DNA of 64,000 nt, from contig CATNEN010000014.1 in assembly GCA_950097015.1 (NCBI GenBank), positions 1,922,001 through 1,986,000 of the forward strand. The letters run 5' to 3'. The stretch is from Macrostomum hystrix (lineage: Eukaryota; Animalia; Platyhelminthes). Below are positions 52,005 through 63,838 of the stretch, in pieces. The notes beneath the pieces were generated by a model. That model ran no database searches. It saw nothing but the letters and a program-made list of their open reading frames with translations, and was not told the origin of the DNA. Both the position numbers and the translations under genes were made by a program. Position 1 is the stretch's first letter. Every line of letters starts with the position of its first letter.

Positions 52005-53422
52005 TTGCTGTAGATGTAAGCTGTAGATAGAAGCTGTAGACGGAAGCTGTAGATGGAAGCTGTAGATGGAAGCTGTAAATGGAAGCTGTAGATAGAAGCT
52101 GTAGATGGAAGCTGTAGATGGAAGCTGTAAATGGAAGCTGTAGATGTAAGCTGTAGATAGAAGCTGTAGATAGAAGCTGTAGATGGAAGCTGTAGATAGA
52201 AGCTGTAGATGGAAGCTGTAGATGGAAGCTGTAGATGGAAGCTGTAAATGGAAGCTGTAGATGTAAGCTGTAGATAGAAGCTGTAGATGGAAGCTGTAGA
52301 TGGAAGCTGTAAATGGAAGCTGTAGATGTAAGCTGTAGATAGAAGCTGTAGATAGAAGCTGTAGATGGAAGCTGTAGATAGAAGCTGTAGATGGAAGCTG
52401 TAGATGGAAGCTGTAGATGGAAGCTGTAGATGGAAGCTGTAGATGGAAGCTGTAGATAGAAGCTGTAAATGGAAGCTGTAGATGTAAGCTGTAGATAGAA
52501 GCTGTAGATAGAAGCTGTAGATGGAAGCTGTAGATAGAAGCTGTAGATGGAAGCTGTAGATGGAAGCTGTAGATGGAAGCTGTAAATGGAAGCTGTAGAT
52601 GTAAGCTGTAGATAGAAGCTGTAGATGGAAGCTGTAGATGGAAGCTGTAAATGGAAGCTGTAGATGTAAGCTGTAGATAGAAGCTGTAGATAGAAGCTGT
52701 AGATGTAAGCTGTAGATAGAAGCTGTAGATGGAAGCTGTAGATGGAAGCTGTAGATGGAAGCTGTAAATGGAAGCTGTAGATGTAAGCTGTAGATAGAAG
52801 CTGTAGATAGAAGCTGTAGACGGAAGCTGTAGATGGAAGCTGTAGATGGAAGCTGTAAATGGAAGCTGTAGATAGAAGCTGTAGATGGAAGCTGTAGATG
52901 GAAGCTGTAAATGGAAGCTGTAGATGTAAGCTGTAGATAGAAGCTGTAGATAGAAGCTGTAGATGGAAGCTGTAGATAGAAGCTGTAGATGGAAGCTGTA
53001 GATGGAAGCTGTAGATGGAAGCTGTAAATGGAAGCTGTAGATGTAAGCTGTAGATAGAAGCTGTAGATAGAAGCTGTAGACGGAAGCTGTAGATGGAAGC
53101 TGTAGATGGAAGCTGTAAATGGAAGCTGTAGATAGAAGCTGTAGATGGAAGCTGTAGATGGAAGCTGTAAATGGAAGCTGTAGATGTAAGCTGTAGATAG
53201 AAGCTGTAGATAGAAGCTGTAGATGGAAGCTGTAGATAGAAGCTGTAGATGGAAGCTGTAGATGGAAGCTGTAGATGGAAGCTGTAAATGGAAGCTGTAG
53301 ATGTAAGCTGTAGATAGAAGCTGTAGATAGAAGCTGTAGACGGAAGCTGTAGATGGAAGCTGTAGATGGAAGCTGTAAATGGAAGCTGTAGATAGAAGCT
53401 GTAGATGGAAGCTGTAGATGGA
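52005..53422. repeat. 13-bp minisatellite (GAAGCTGTAGATG), ~108 copies
   Basis: Directly visible. Confidence 0.97.
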
Positions 53423-53699
53423 ATTCGAGGAAGATCCATGAAACTATAGGCATTGGAATTATCACGAAAACGAAACGTCACCGGCGCATTAATACTTTTT
53501 TTCTACATATTCGCTTTTATATCTATAAATGTAGCGCCAATCAGCAGCATTTAGTGTCGTTAAAATAGTCCCATAAGCTGATTCGTTGAAAAAGATGTAT
53601 ACGCACGCAAGCAGGCTATATTATGTAAATGACATGATGCAAGGATCGACAGGTATATTGTAGAGCGCTGAAGAATCTGCATCTACAAATTAAAGCTCT

Positions 53700-53915
53700 C
53701 TTAAAAATACAGCTCGTAAAAATACAGCCCTCTTAAAAGTACAGCTCCCTTAAAAGTACAGCTCTCTTAAAAGTACAGCTCTCTTAAAAGTTCAGCTCTC
53801 TTAAAAGTTCAGCTCTCTTAAAAGTACAGCTCTCTTAAAAGTACAGCTCTCCTAAAAGTACAGCTCTCTTAAAAGTACAGCTCTCCTAAAAGTACAGCTC
53901 TCTTAAAAGTACAAG
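53700..53915. repeat. 17-bp tandem repeat (TTAAAAGTACAGCTCTC)
   Basis: Directly visible. Confidence 0.9.
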
Positions 53916-54072
53916 TCTCTAATCTCATTTAATGGTCAGTAAAAAAGTTTACGATTGTTTACATACGTATTATCTCAATCTCTTTGAAAACAACAGCGTT
54001 AATGTAATGTTGCTGTTAGGAGTTATAATGCTGAGCATGCTGATAATTGGGATCGTGATGTCGGCTATTGTG

Positions 54073-57000
54073 TCATCGGCTTGACAGTTCAGCCGCCTAC
54101 AAAGAAAGGATGAACAAGGAAATAATGATTAATATCAATATAATGATTAGATAGGAGGCAACAATGCGTAAAATTTCTCTGACTATAGCTGTGTCCTTTA
54201 CAGAATCCAGCCAGGTTGTCATGGCATTGTTAAGCGATCCTGTTATGTTGTTCTGTTCCCTTACAACATCCGTTGTGCTTACCTTCTGAGACAGAAGGTT
54301 GTCCGACTCGGCATTCAAATAGGCGGCAGATCGTAGTCTCGGGGACAGCCTAGAGAACTGGTCCGAACTCACGCAGCTGAGCGCGCACAGTAGCAGCTCC
54401 TGTCCGTCAACGTCCTCCCGCTTCAAGAGGTCTTCGACCCACTTTCCAGCAATTATTTCGGGATTCGAACTCAGCAGAACGCGCACGCACTGCAGCACGG
54501 CCTCGAAGTTGACATAGAAGCAGTCGTAAGCCACTTGCTGCAGGTTCACGACACAGCAGCTCGACAGCGGCTTGGGCAGAAACTGCAGAATCGGACTTTC
54601 TTTGAACTCGAAGCAGAATTTCCAAGCTGAATCGCGAGACTTCAGGTGCTTCCAAACATTCGCAGCCGTGGCATCGGTTATTGAGCTCCCGGAAGGCCAG
54701 TCAATACCCCTGCTCACTTGGAACCACTCGCAACTCGTGACAATCTTCAAGGCCGAGTCCGGATTTCCGATCTTCAGACAAGCCAGAGCCTTAAGAGCTT
54801 CTCGCGCTGAACGGGCGTACACAGGTAGCCTGGCAATAAGCCGCATGAGCGCATCCTGACATTCGGCACTGCAGTCCTCATGAGAAATCAGGCGAATGCT
54901 TTCCCGAACAACATCATAGACCTCATGGTACTCGAGACTACCTTTGCTTGACACAATTTTGTGGTCGAGAATCGGCAGGATGAGAAACGGATGGAAGAAG
55001 AATCGGCCTGACTCACTAATGGGCTGCAGGTATTTCTTGAAATCCTCCAGATGCTTGTGTAGATTGTCCACCACGTCGTTTAGTACGCATACAATGTGTG
55101 GCAACTCACTTCGTTCGGCCCCCTTCAGGTACAGAGCAGCTCTACAAAGGAAGAAGTGCTCCATTATCCCACCGTTAGAGTCTCCCTGGCTTTGTTGTCG
55201 GGTGCTGCTTCTCTCCAAATCGTTTATCAGCATTCTCAGTGCACGTCTCGCAAGGCTCACAAGGTTTTCCGACTGCCAGTCACCCGGCGGTGTCTCTTCT
55301 AACATGCGAAAAGTTATCGTTTTAGCGTGATAGGCCTTCATGCCGCTCACTCTGGGGCAGATCACCTTCTTTATTAGATACTTCAAGGTGACAAACAGCT
55401 GACCCTGCACAGTTGTGAGGCTCCGCAAGAGCGTCCTCTCCAGGAATGTGGTGCTCAAGCGAAGCTCTTCGCCTTGCCTTCCGGCAGAGGCGGCGTGTAC
55501 GGCGTGGCAGGGCGAGGTTTTCAGTTCATTGTTTAGCGAGGCCAAGACCGATGGCCGCATGCGCGACCTTGAAACTCGATCTGGCAGCAGTGGCGCGATC
55601 GAGGGGTAACAACAGAGGCGACATGCGAGTACGTGATCGACAGCGGGTCTCAGAGTTGTTCCGTTCGCTGTTTGAGCCGGATTAGACGCTGAAAGTTCAA
55701 TAGTGGCAGGTCTCGTTGCATTCTGCAATTAGCCTTGTGTGGCATTTGAATCATGGGTTTTACGCTCGTATAACCCGATTTGATTTAATTTACTTTGTAG
55801 CTTCTACGCACGATCAAACACTTACCGAAGCCTTTTACCAGAATGTGACCATTTTTGTAATCAACAGCGTCGGTAATTTTAACTTCGCTGCACTGGCAGT
55901 ACTTCTTGAGGTGGTAGAGCCGGCCAAGGATCAGCTGCATCACATCAATATCAGACTCAAGGTCCGTCCTGCCGTTGAGGGTCATTAGATTGTTGCCCCA
56001 GCCTTCTGAGTAGCTGCCAACAACGAAAATGATGTCGTGATCACCAATTCGCTTTCTCAGAATCTGCTGCAGAACGTCTCCTAGGGCACTCTGCAGCGCC
56101 GCTCTTGATTCGACGAAGCCTGCTTGGCAGAGCCTTCGATGCAGCTGCTCGCTGAGCTTCTGATCAGTTGTGTTTTTTGCCAAAATTCTGAAAGCAGCGG
56201 CAGCGCGAGCGGCGAACGTGATTTAATTTCCATTCAACATACCTACAACATACCTAAAATTCTTGCTGCGGTTTATGAATAAAATAGCTCCTTTTATACT
56301 CACTGAGAATCTCCAATTCTTGCTGTTGGTGCTGGGACAGGCGGCTTTCTATCGGCTTCCTTCAGAAAACTCACGATTCTGGCATGACGATTGCGCGATG
56401 CAAGATCAAGCGCTGACTCGCCAGTAATCGTTCGTATATCGATGTCGGCGCATGACTTGACAAGCAAGTCGACCACGCGGTAATGGCCATTGTTCGATGC
56501 AATGTGGAGAGACGTCTCACCTGTTTTCTTTCGAACATTAACATCTGCTTGCGCCTTAATTAGCAGATCCACTGTGTCATAATGGCCGTTCTGCGCCGCC
56601 ATGAAGAGCGGCGAGGTGCCGGTGCTGGTCCTCAGAAGATGAACATCTGCTTGCGATTTTATTAATGACTTAACAATGCCCGCGCGACCAAGTTGGGACG
56701 CAAAGTACATCGGTGTCGAGCCAGTGTCGTTCCGCAGATCAACGTCAGCTTGCGCCTTGACGAGTGCTTCTACGATTTGCATATGACCCATTTGTGACGC
56801 CGCATGCAGAGGCCCTGTTCCCGTTACCACCTGGAGGTTGATGTCAGCTTGGGCTTTGATAAGTAAGTTCACGATTCGTTCATGACCACCTGTTGATGCC
56901 ATGTAAAGAGGCGACGAGCCGGTGGTCCTTTGAAGATTGACATTTGTACCAGCTCTGATCAGCAGCTTGGCGACTCTTTCGTGCCCGAACTGTGATGCTA

Positions 57001-57751
57001 AATGGAGTGCAGATGAGCCGCCGTTCTCTTGAAGATCAACATCGGCTTGCGAATCAATCAGCGATTTCACAATACAAACATGCCCCTGCTGGGCAGCGAT
57101 GTGCAGCGGTACAACACCGGATCTTTGCCGCAGATTGACCTCAGCTTGGGCGCAGATGAGCAGGTCCGCAACGCCTACGTGACCGTTTTGCGATGCCATG
57201 TACAGGGGCGTCTCGCCACTGTCGCTCTGGATATTGATGTTGGCTCGTGCCTCGATGAGCGCACTGACGATGCGGTCGTGGTTATTCTGTGCCGCTATGT
57301 AGATTGGGGATTCTCCTTTCTTAGTCCGAATGTTCAAGTCAGCTTTCGCCTTTATAAGCAGCTCAACAATGCGGTCAAGTCCTTTCTCCGACGCAACATA
57401 AAGTGGCGACGCTCCCCGCTGTCTCTCCTGAATATCGACATTGGCCTGGGCTTTGATTAGAATGTCAAGCAGACTGTCATGCCCATTTCTTGACGCAATG
57501 AAGACAGGCGAGCAGCCGTCAGCTTGCTGAACGTTGACGTCAACTTGGCTCAGGACAAACCTGCGCACTGCTGCGGCGTCCCCGATTTCGCAGGCCAAAT
57601 GCAGAGGCGTCGTTCGGCCGCCTGGGACTGGAATGTGCCGGCCACCGTCCAGCTCTCTGCTCAGCAGGCAGCAAAGCTCATGCCGATTTCTGTTTAGCAT
57701 CGCATTCGCATATTCAGCATCCGCCTCTGAGCGCCCTTGCGATGACTGCAT
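54073..57751 (-). CDS. Ankyrin-repeat / cGAS-like (Mab-21, cGLR) nucleotidyltransferase fusion protein; exons 56304-57751, 55826-56187, 54283-55688, 54073-54096 (1079 aa), or 1133 aa ending at 54097 if the last intron is retained
   Basis: Three supplied ORFs join in frame via CA|GTGAGT...TTTCAG|A (56188-56303) and G|GTAAGT...TTTCAG|CG (55689-55825). 13 ankyrin repeats, then VVGSYSEGW..SDIDVM and VDHV, then Mab-21-type C-lobe (LKYLIK..MKAYHAKTITFRMLE..W..ENL..MEHFF). Confidence 0.82.
54900..56030 (-). other. Pol-beta-superfamily NTase core plus Mab-21 C-terminal lobe (spans one intron)
   Basis: GS, 20 residues, D-I-D, 54 residues, V-D after splicing; fits the cGLR active-site spacing. Confidence 0.8.
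56340..57620 (-). other. Ankyrin repeat array, 13 repeats (G.TPL..A...GH...V..L consensus)
   Basis: Counted in the 483-aa ORF 56300-57751. Confidence 0.95.
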
Positions 57752-59591
57752 CAGCGTGAGTCACGAAAGCGCTAATTAGTTGTTGCAAAATCGCTACGGC
57801 AACCGGTACAGGAAGTTATTACACGCGTGACGTCGTACAGTCAGGGCTCTGAATGTAATGGTTTAAATATACTATTGTAGAAGCATTTTACATACTCATT
57901 CCATTGATGACCAATTGCAAATGGCTTCTGACGCTAGGCTAGTAAATTTCTATAGGTTATGCATTGCTTGTTTCGAATCAACGATTTGCAAACTAGTCAA
58001 ATAAAGTTTGGCTGTGCTCATCAAATCGAAATTATAATATAGTGCTGATTTCTCAATAAATGCAACGATGGACCCAGTTTTGCGAGTGCATTTTGCATAT
58101 ATTAAAATACATTCTTTTCATCCTACTAATTTATATCAGGATTCTCTGGCCAGACCGAGCAAGAGATTATTAGAAGGTTTGACAAGAACCAGCAAGTGAA
58201 TTAAGTGTGTAATCTACAAAGTACAGCTTTATTTTGTGTCTTTTTCATAAATATGAGCTCATGTGGAAATGGGTGCACATGTGATGGTGTATCTTTAGTG
58301 GAGATGTTTTTGAATAAGTTAGAAATTTCATCGAAATACCAACCATTCCTTTTATTATATGACTAAAGACTTGCCTTGTAGTAGGGTAGCAGCATATACC
58401 AAAAATTCCAAATAAAAAACTTGCGTTTTTAATAGATGTAGTAGCTATTGAAACTGAAACAAACTAGCTATGAAACTTTTATTCTAGAAAGCCAGTAAAG
58501 TTTGTCTACAAAATATATAAAATCTCATAATAAAAATTTTCCTACTATTATAAGATAATATTACACAAAATAAACAGGATCCTGTAATAAATCCAACGAG
58601 CACAAAAGTAACTATTGCATTGGTATGTGTCAGTATACTTGTCATATTTTAATACCCTATTTAATTTCGACACACCACAATGGAAATAATGTATAATTAA
58701 CGAATGTGCTATAAATTTAAGCTTGATTATAATTAGTCATTATTGTCCAATCAATAATTTAATTTGTCAATGAGGCACAAAGTTTAAAAGTAGCAAGAAC
58801 AACAAAGCGAAAACGTAACCTTTTAAAATAAAGAATACGAAGAATATATTGTATTGTAAGAGATACATTTGTTTCGTTCTGTACGCTTAAAATGCTACAA
58901 TCTGAGCTTCAGAACAATCTACTCCAATTTTTTTGTTTGAACTAATGAAATTCCGAACATGTTATCCAGTCCGTACCAAAAAAGAACAGCTTTTGCAAAA
59001 GTACACTGTAGCTACATGACTGTAAGTACGCCGCAGCACACGATTTACGCTGGTTATTGGCTCATTATTAACATGCTCGATAAAGTATGTGTCACGACAA
59101 AGATCGCTGTAGTAAAACTACTAATACTGTGATTCCTGTCACCATCGACGACTACGATGCATGTCTACATACTGAAGCATTGTGTTGATATAGTTTATTA
59201 CATATTTAGCAGGGCGTCCGATTTGACTCATTTGCAGGTAGGATCAGCACAGATAATAGTGCAGATAGGGAGAGTACGAGGGATGGATCGTCTGAGAAAG
59301 CTGACAGGGACGGGGTCACGCGGCCGAAGTCCGCGGACAGGGTCCCCAAAGGCAGGGACGGCCAGGAGTCCCGAAGGCAGTGATGGGGTCGCCGAAGTCC
59401 GGGACGATCGAGAGCTCAGCTCCCATCGTTAGTTCTACGAACTGACGGAGACAGGCAGTGGAGTAAACATATAAATTTATTATTTTTTGCAAGAGATTCG
59501 TTGATAAACACACTCTACTAGATCTGCTGCTAATTCCGTGTGTCTGTGTGTGGATATGAATTGCATGTTTGTATGATTTGCCGATTGATAC

Positions 59592-59839
59592 TGATGTGCC
59601 TGTAGCTTGCGCCTCAATGAAGACGAAGTAATGCTTAATGGGAGTGTGACGTGAAGTCCCTTTTGGTGCGTGTAACAAGACTTTCTTTATATGTAAACAT
59701 GCTGAGGGGATCCACAGAGATGCATCTCTGTGGGCTGCGGAACATAGACAAAAGGAGCAGAGCGTAACTTAAGTGTGCGATGGCAGACAAATAAAAGTCC
59801 ATTAGCATTGGGGCTGGGATACAAGTTTAGCATGCAACA
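59592..59839 (-). repeat. 3' LTR (248 bp)
   Basis: TGTTGCA...ACATCA on the minus strand; PPT immediately upstream. Confidence 0.85.
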
Positions 59840-59985
59840 TGTCCCCTTCGCAAAGGAGACGGAAGCAGGTTAGTTATAACGGTTTGAGCACTTTAACTAG
59901 CGATGGGTACAAGGTGAGAATTGTCAGTAACGGTATAACATAGCAGTATTGTCAGTCATCTATAGATGCAAATTTGAGGGCTGTA

Positions 59986-62900
59986 TTACGGTACAAAGCG
60001 ATCCGGGGCACGTCGGATTCTTGAGCTTTGACGTGGAGAGGTCGCGGTCTTAGGCTCCGGAATTCCGTCGTTATGACACGCTGCATGCTCAGCGGTTGCT
60101 GCTGGTATCTCCGTCGGGGTGGAGGGCTGTTGAAAGGTGGCTTCTTCCGAATCTTCCTCTCCCTCGTCATCGTCGTGCGGAAGATATGACGGAGCCAGCT
60201 GAGTGGTGCTAGCCAGGCGCAGGCCCTCGTTGGCTACGATCCAGGCGGTGTTGTTTCCTGACGTCATAACATACGTGGCAGGATCTCCCCGAGTTGAAGG
60301 TTGCGGCTGATAGATGACCTCGTCACCTTGCTCGAACTGAGAGACAACCGGTACACGGAGACGTCTGCCAAGGACCAACTCTGCTGGGCATTTACCACGG
60401 CTGAGCGACGAATTGCGGTGATGCAAAAGAACCTTTTGAAGAAAGAACGGGAATTCCACGTGTGTTATTCGCTCGGACCAGGCTCGAAGAGCGGATTTGA
60501 CAGTCTGAACAGCTCGTTCAGCTGCACCATTAGCTTGCGGGCAGTAAGCCGGAGACTCCTTTTTCCTCGCGCCGTGGGCACGAAGCCACGAGTTCAAGTG
60601 ATCCCCAACGAACTCCGGAGCATTGTCCGTGACAACGAGCTCCGCTACGCCAAAACGGTAAAAGACGGTGCGTAGGCATTGAATAACAGACGTGGCCATC
60701 CTGTTCCGACAAGGGAATGCTTCTATCCACCCGGAATAGGCGTCTAGTATTATCAGTATGTCTCCAGCTTCCTTCACGTGCGCCCAGTCCATGTGAATGC
60801 GCTGGAACGGATATTCTGGGGAAGGCCAGCAGTCCCTATCGCGTCCTAAGCGTGGTCGCAGGCGACAACATTCCAGGCAACGGCTGACAAACTGAGCGAC
60901 GTCTTGTTGCATTCCTGGCCACCAGCAAGAGGCGGCTAGCAAATTGTACGAGGCATGCATCCCCGAGTGGGTGTCGTGGATGGCGTCGAAGGCGGCCCTG
61001 CGTAGTCGAGGCGGGATGTATACCCGCCTGTGCATATACAGAAGACCAGTTTCCAGCGTCAGTTTGTCGGCAACCTTCTTGAAGCCCAATTCGGCTTGAG
61101 AGCAATCATGCCAGTTGCCAGTGCGTACTCGCTTGATGATTTTCTGGGTGAACGGATCTACGTCAATCTCTGCTAAAATTCTGCCTGCTTCAATTACGGG
61201 CGCCTCAAATGCGACCGAGTTGATTGCGTTGAACATTTCTGGGCTATCAGTGGTGACGTTGTCAAACCGCAGGCGCGAGAGAGCATCGGCATGTGGAATG
61301 CTGCTACCTCGAACTTATTTGATCTCGAAATCAAACTGCTTTCCCTTGTCGAAATTGTAGAAGCATTCCCTTGTCGGAACAGGATGGCCACGTCTGTTAT
61401 TCAATGCCTACGCACCGTCTTTTCCGGCGAAGTTCGGGACGAGCCTCCCAAAGAAATTTACTAGTCCAAGAAAGCTGGCTAGTTCCGATTTGTTCGAAGG
61501 GACGGACACTTGCTTGACTTTCTCGACCAATCGTTCGTCGGGCTGAATTCCAGCGGCTGAGATTTTAAACCCTAGAAAGGATATGGAATCGCTGTAGCTG
61601 ACGCATTTCGACTCGTTGACTGTGACTCGCTTTTCGGCAAGGCGCGTTCGCACCGCGGACAGTCGCTTTTCCAGGGCAGCGGCATCTGGGGCATGAACCA
61701 GGATGTCATCCTGATAGATTAATAATCCCTTGATTTCGGCTAGGATGGCCTCCATGGTTCTCTGGAAGATGAACAAAGCGTTCTTCATCCCCATTTGCAA
61801 TCTGTTGACCCGATATAAACCGCGAGACGTGTTGATGATGGACAGGTCTCGTGCTGCTTCGTCCAGTTCAATCTGCCAATAGGCAGCGCGAAGGTCCACC
61901 GTAGCGAAGACCTTGGCGTTCTTCAAGCGAGAGAATATGACTTCTACATTCGGGATTGGGTGTGAGTCGGATTTGATTTTTTCAAATAAAAAATACGCTG
62001 TAGTCGGCGCACATGCGCAACGTCCCATCCTTTTTCTTTACCCATATGACGGGTGATGCGTTGCTCACGGGCCCCTCGATTGGTTCAATTATTCCTAGCT
62101 GTTGCAAGCGGTCCAGCTCCGCATTGACTTGCTCCTCTACGGCAATGGGTACTGCACGAGCCCGGCAGAACTTCGGCTTGGCACCTTCGACGAGTTCCAT
62201 GCGTGCCTTTATCCCTCTTATTGCAGGCAAGGGTTGTTGGCCACTGCGACTATGGCTTGAAGATGCAGGCGAGGCGTGAAACAGGCCATCGGAATCTAGT
62301 AAGTCGCGGCCAAGCAAGCCGTATGGCTTGTTCGAGGCGACTACGATCAGTTCTGCCGGATGCAGGCGACCGCGCGGCTCTACGGCAGCTGAGAGCTTCC
62401 CCAGCGAATGCATCACATGGCCGTCGAATGCTTCGAGTCGACGAGAGCACTTCTGGAGCTGCAGCCGGCCAAGTGACGTCCATTGGGAGCTTGAGAGCAC
62501 CGAGATGGAGGCTCCGGTGTCGATTTGCATGTTTACTGGCTTGCCGTCAATGGCTATGGGCTCGGTGACAACGCCGATAGCATGCACATAGTCCGCATCG
62601 CAGATGTGCATCAGGGGATCTGTGGCCCTTTCGTTGGGACTTGCGTCAGGATCCATTGAATTGGCGGCATAATGCACCAGACGAGAGGATGACGAGCGGC
62701 ATACATTGGCAAAATGGTTCTTCTTGCCGCACTTGGAGCAGTCTTTACCAAAGGCAGGGCACCGGCCATCAGAATGCGACTTCCCGCAGTAGCGGCAGTC
62801 ACTGACACGCCGAGTGCTGGCGTGTTTTGAATTCTGAGGTTGTTCGGGGTGCCGCGAGTGAGAAAAGTGCACTGTGGACTCGCAGTCCGGATTTGGTGAT

Positions 62901-63517
62901 AAGCTCGCTGATGAGAGCTGAGGGGGAGAGGCGCTTTCGGCGATCGGGCGAGCTTGATTAGTTGTCGAGACAAAGGATGACATCTGTTCCTGAGTACGAA
63001 TAAAGTCAGAAATTTCCAAGACTGTCATAGGCTTGATCTGCATAGCTTCGAGCACGCGTTGCTGTACGCGAGAGTCACAGAGGCCAGAGACTAAGGCCAT
63101 ATTTATTAACTCGTCAGAAGGACTACTAGCTGTCTTTAAGTCGTCAAACCTTCAGTCCTTCGCAGCCTGACGTAGGCGACTCACGAAGTCGGTAATGGAC
63201 TCTTTTGGTGCTTGTCGAACTGAGAAGAAGCGAACACGTTCGGCAATAGTACGTTTTTCTTTGGGTCGCAAATAATTTAGCAATTCCTCTTGAATTTCTG
63301 TGAATGCCAGATAAGTAAAGGCTCGCGGCGAGATTAGATTCTGTAACTTTTCCACAGCACTGAGGCCGCAACAGGCCAGGAAGTTGTCAGCAATGTATTT
63401 CCTGTCGCTCTTGTCTTCCCATCCTTTGGCGCGAGCTAACGCCTCGAAAGCGATGAGCCAAGTCTGCGCGCGAGCCGCATGTTCCAGAGGCAGTTCGCCA
63501 AGGCTACGCGACGCCAT
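59986..63517 (-). pseudogene. gag-pol, disrupted: gag with CCHC knuckles, protease DTGAS, RT YQDD, integrase HHCC/DDE
   Basis: In-frame TGA at 63152-63154, frameshift near 61990, RNase H core absent, TAA at 61317-61319; integrase 59986-61236 is open. Confidence 0.9.
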
Positions 63518-63737
63518 TGATGTGCCTGTAGCTTGCGCCTCAATGAAGACGAAGTAATGCTTAATGGGAGTGTGACGTGAAGTCCCTTTTGGTGCGTGTA
63601 ACAAGACTTTCTTTATATGTAAACATGCTGAGGGGATCCACAGAGATGCATCTCTGTGGGCTGCGGAACATAGACAAAAGGAGCAGAGCGTAACTTAAGT
63701 GTGCGATGGCTGACAAATAAAAGTGCATTAGCATTGG
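63518..63737 (-). repeat. 5' LTR, missing its first 28 bp
   Basis: Direct repeat of 59592-59811 with 2 mismatches. Confidence 0.9.
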
Positions 63738-63742
63738 TAGAT

Positions 63743-63838
63743 TTATGCTAGGCTTCCGAGTGCGTAAATAGTCTTTGCACGAGTGCGCGCAGCGCACGAG
63801 TGCCATAGACTATTTACGCACTAGGAAGCCTAGCATAA
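63743..63838. mobile_element. Small fold-back (hairpin) element with 32-bp arms
   Basis: 63743-63774 versus the reverse complement of 63807-63838: 31/32 identical; the loop contains GCACGAGTGC twice. Confidence 0.55.

Larger units (their letters stand above)
59592..63737 (-). mobile_element. Ty3/Gypsy LTR retrotransposon (Mag-like), defective
   Basis: 3' LTR 59592-59839 (TG...CA) preceded by a purine tract GAAGGGGA; 5' LTR remnant 63518-63737 (218/220 identical); PBS-like TGGCG at 63512-63516 overlapping the gag ATG; order gag-PR-RT-(RH)-IN. Confidence 0.93.

Noticed and set aside
51916-53481. Long ORFs of 490-520 aa here, and similar ones at 32452-34015, 27392-28458, 10108-11157, 16568-17477, 2848-3725 and 34170-34925
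   Set aside because: They are translations of minisatellites whose units lack stops in some frames; several lie in introns or a MITE.
57755-57835. AP-1 (TGAGTCA) and CRE-like (TGACGTC) motifs upstream of the ANK-cGLR ATG
   Set aside because: Suggestive of stress or immune induction, but 7-mers occur by chance and the transcription start is unknown.
59316-59678. 120-aa ORF sharing its N-terminus with ORF 63152-63604
   Set aside because: The shared part is simply the LTR sequence read in frame; true gag starts at 63517.
63152-63154. In-frame TGA in gag as programmed read-through
   Set aside because: It lies in the N-terminal part of gag, not at the gag-pol boundary, in an element with several other lesions; AKD*RF is more simply a mutated Cys codon.
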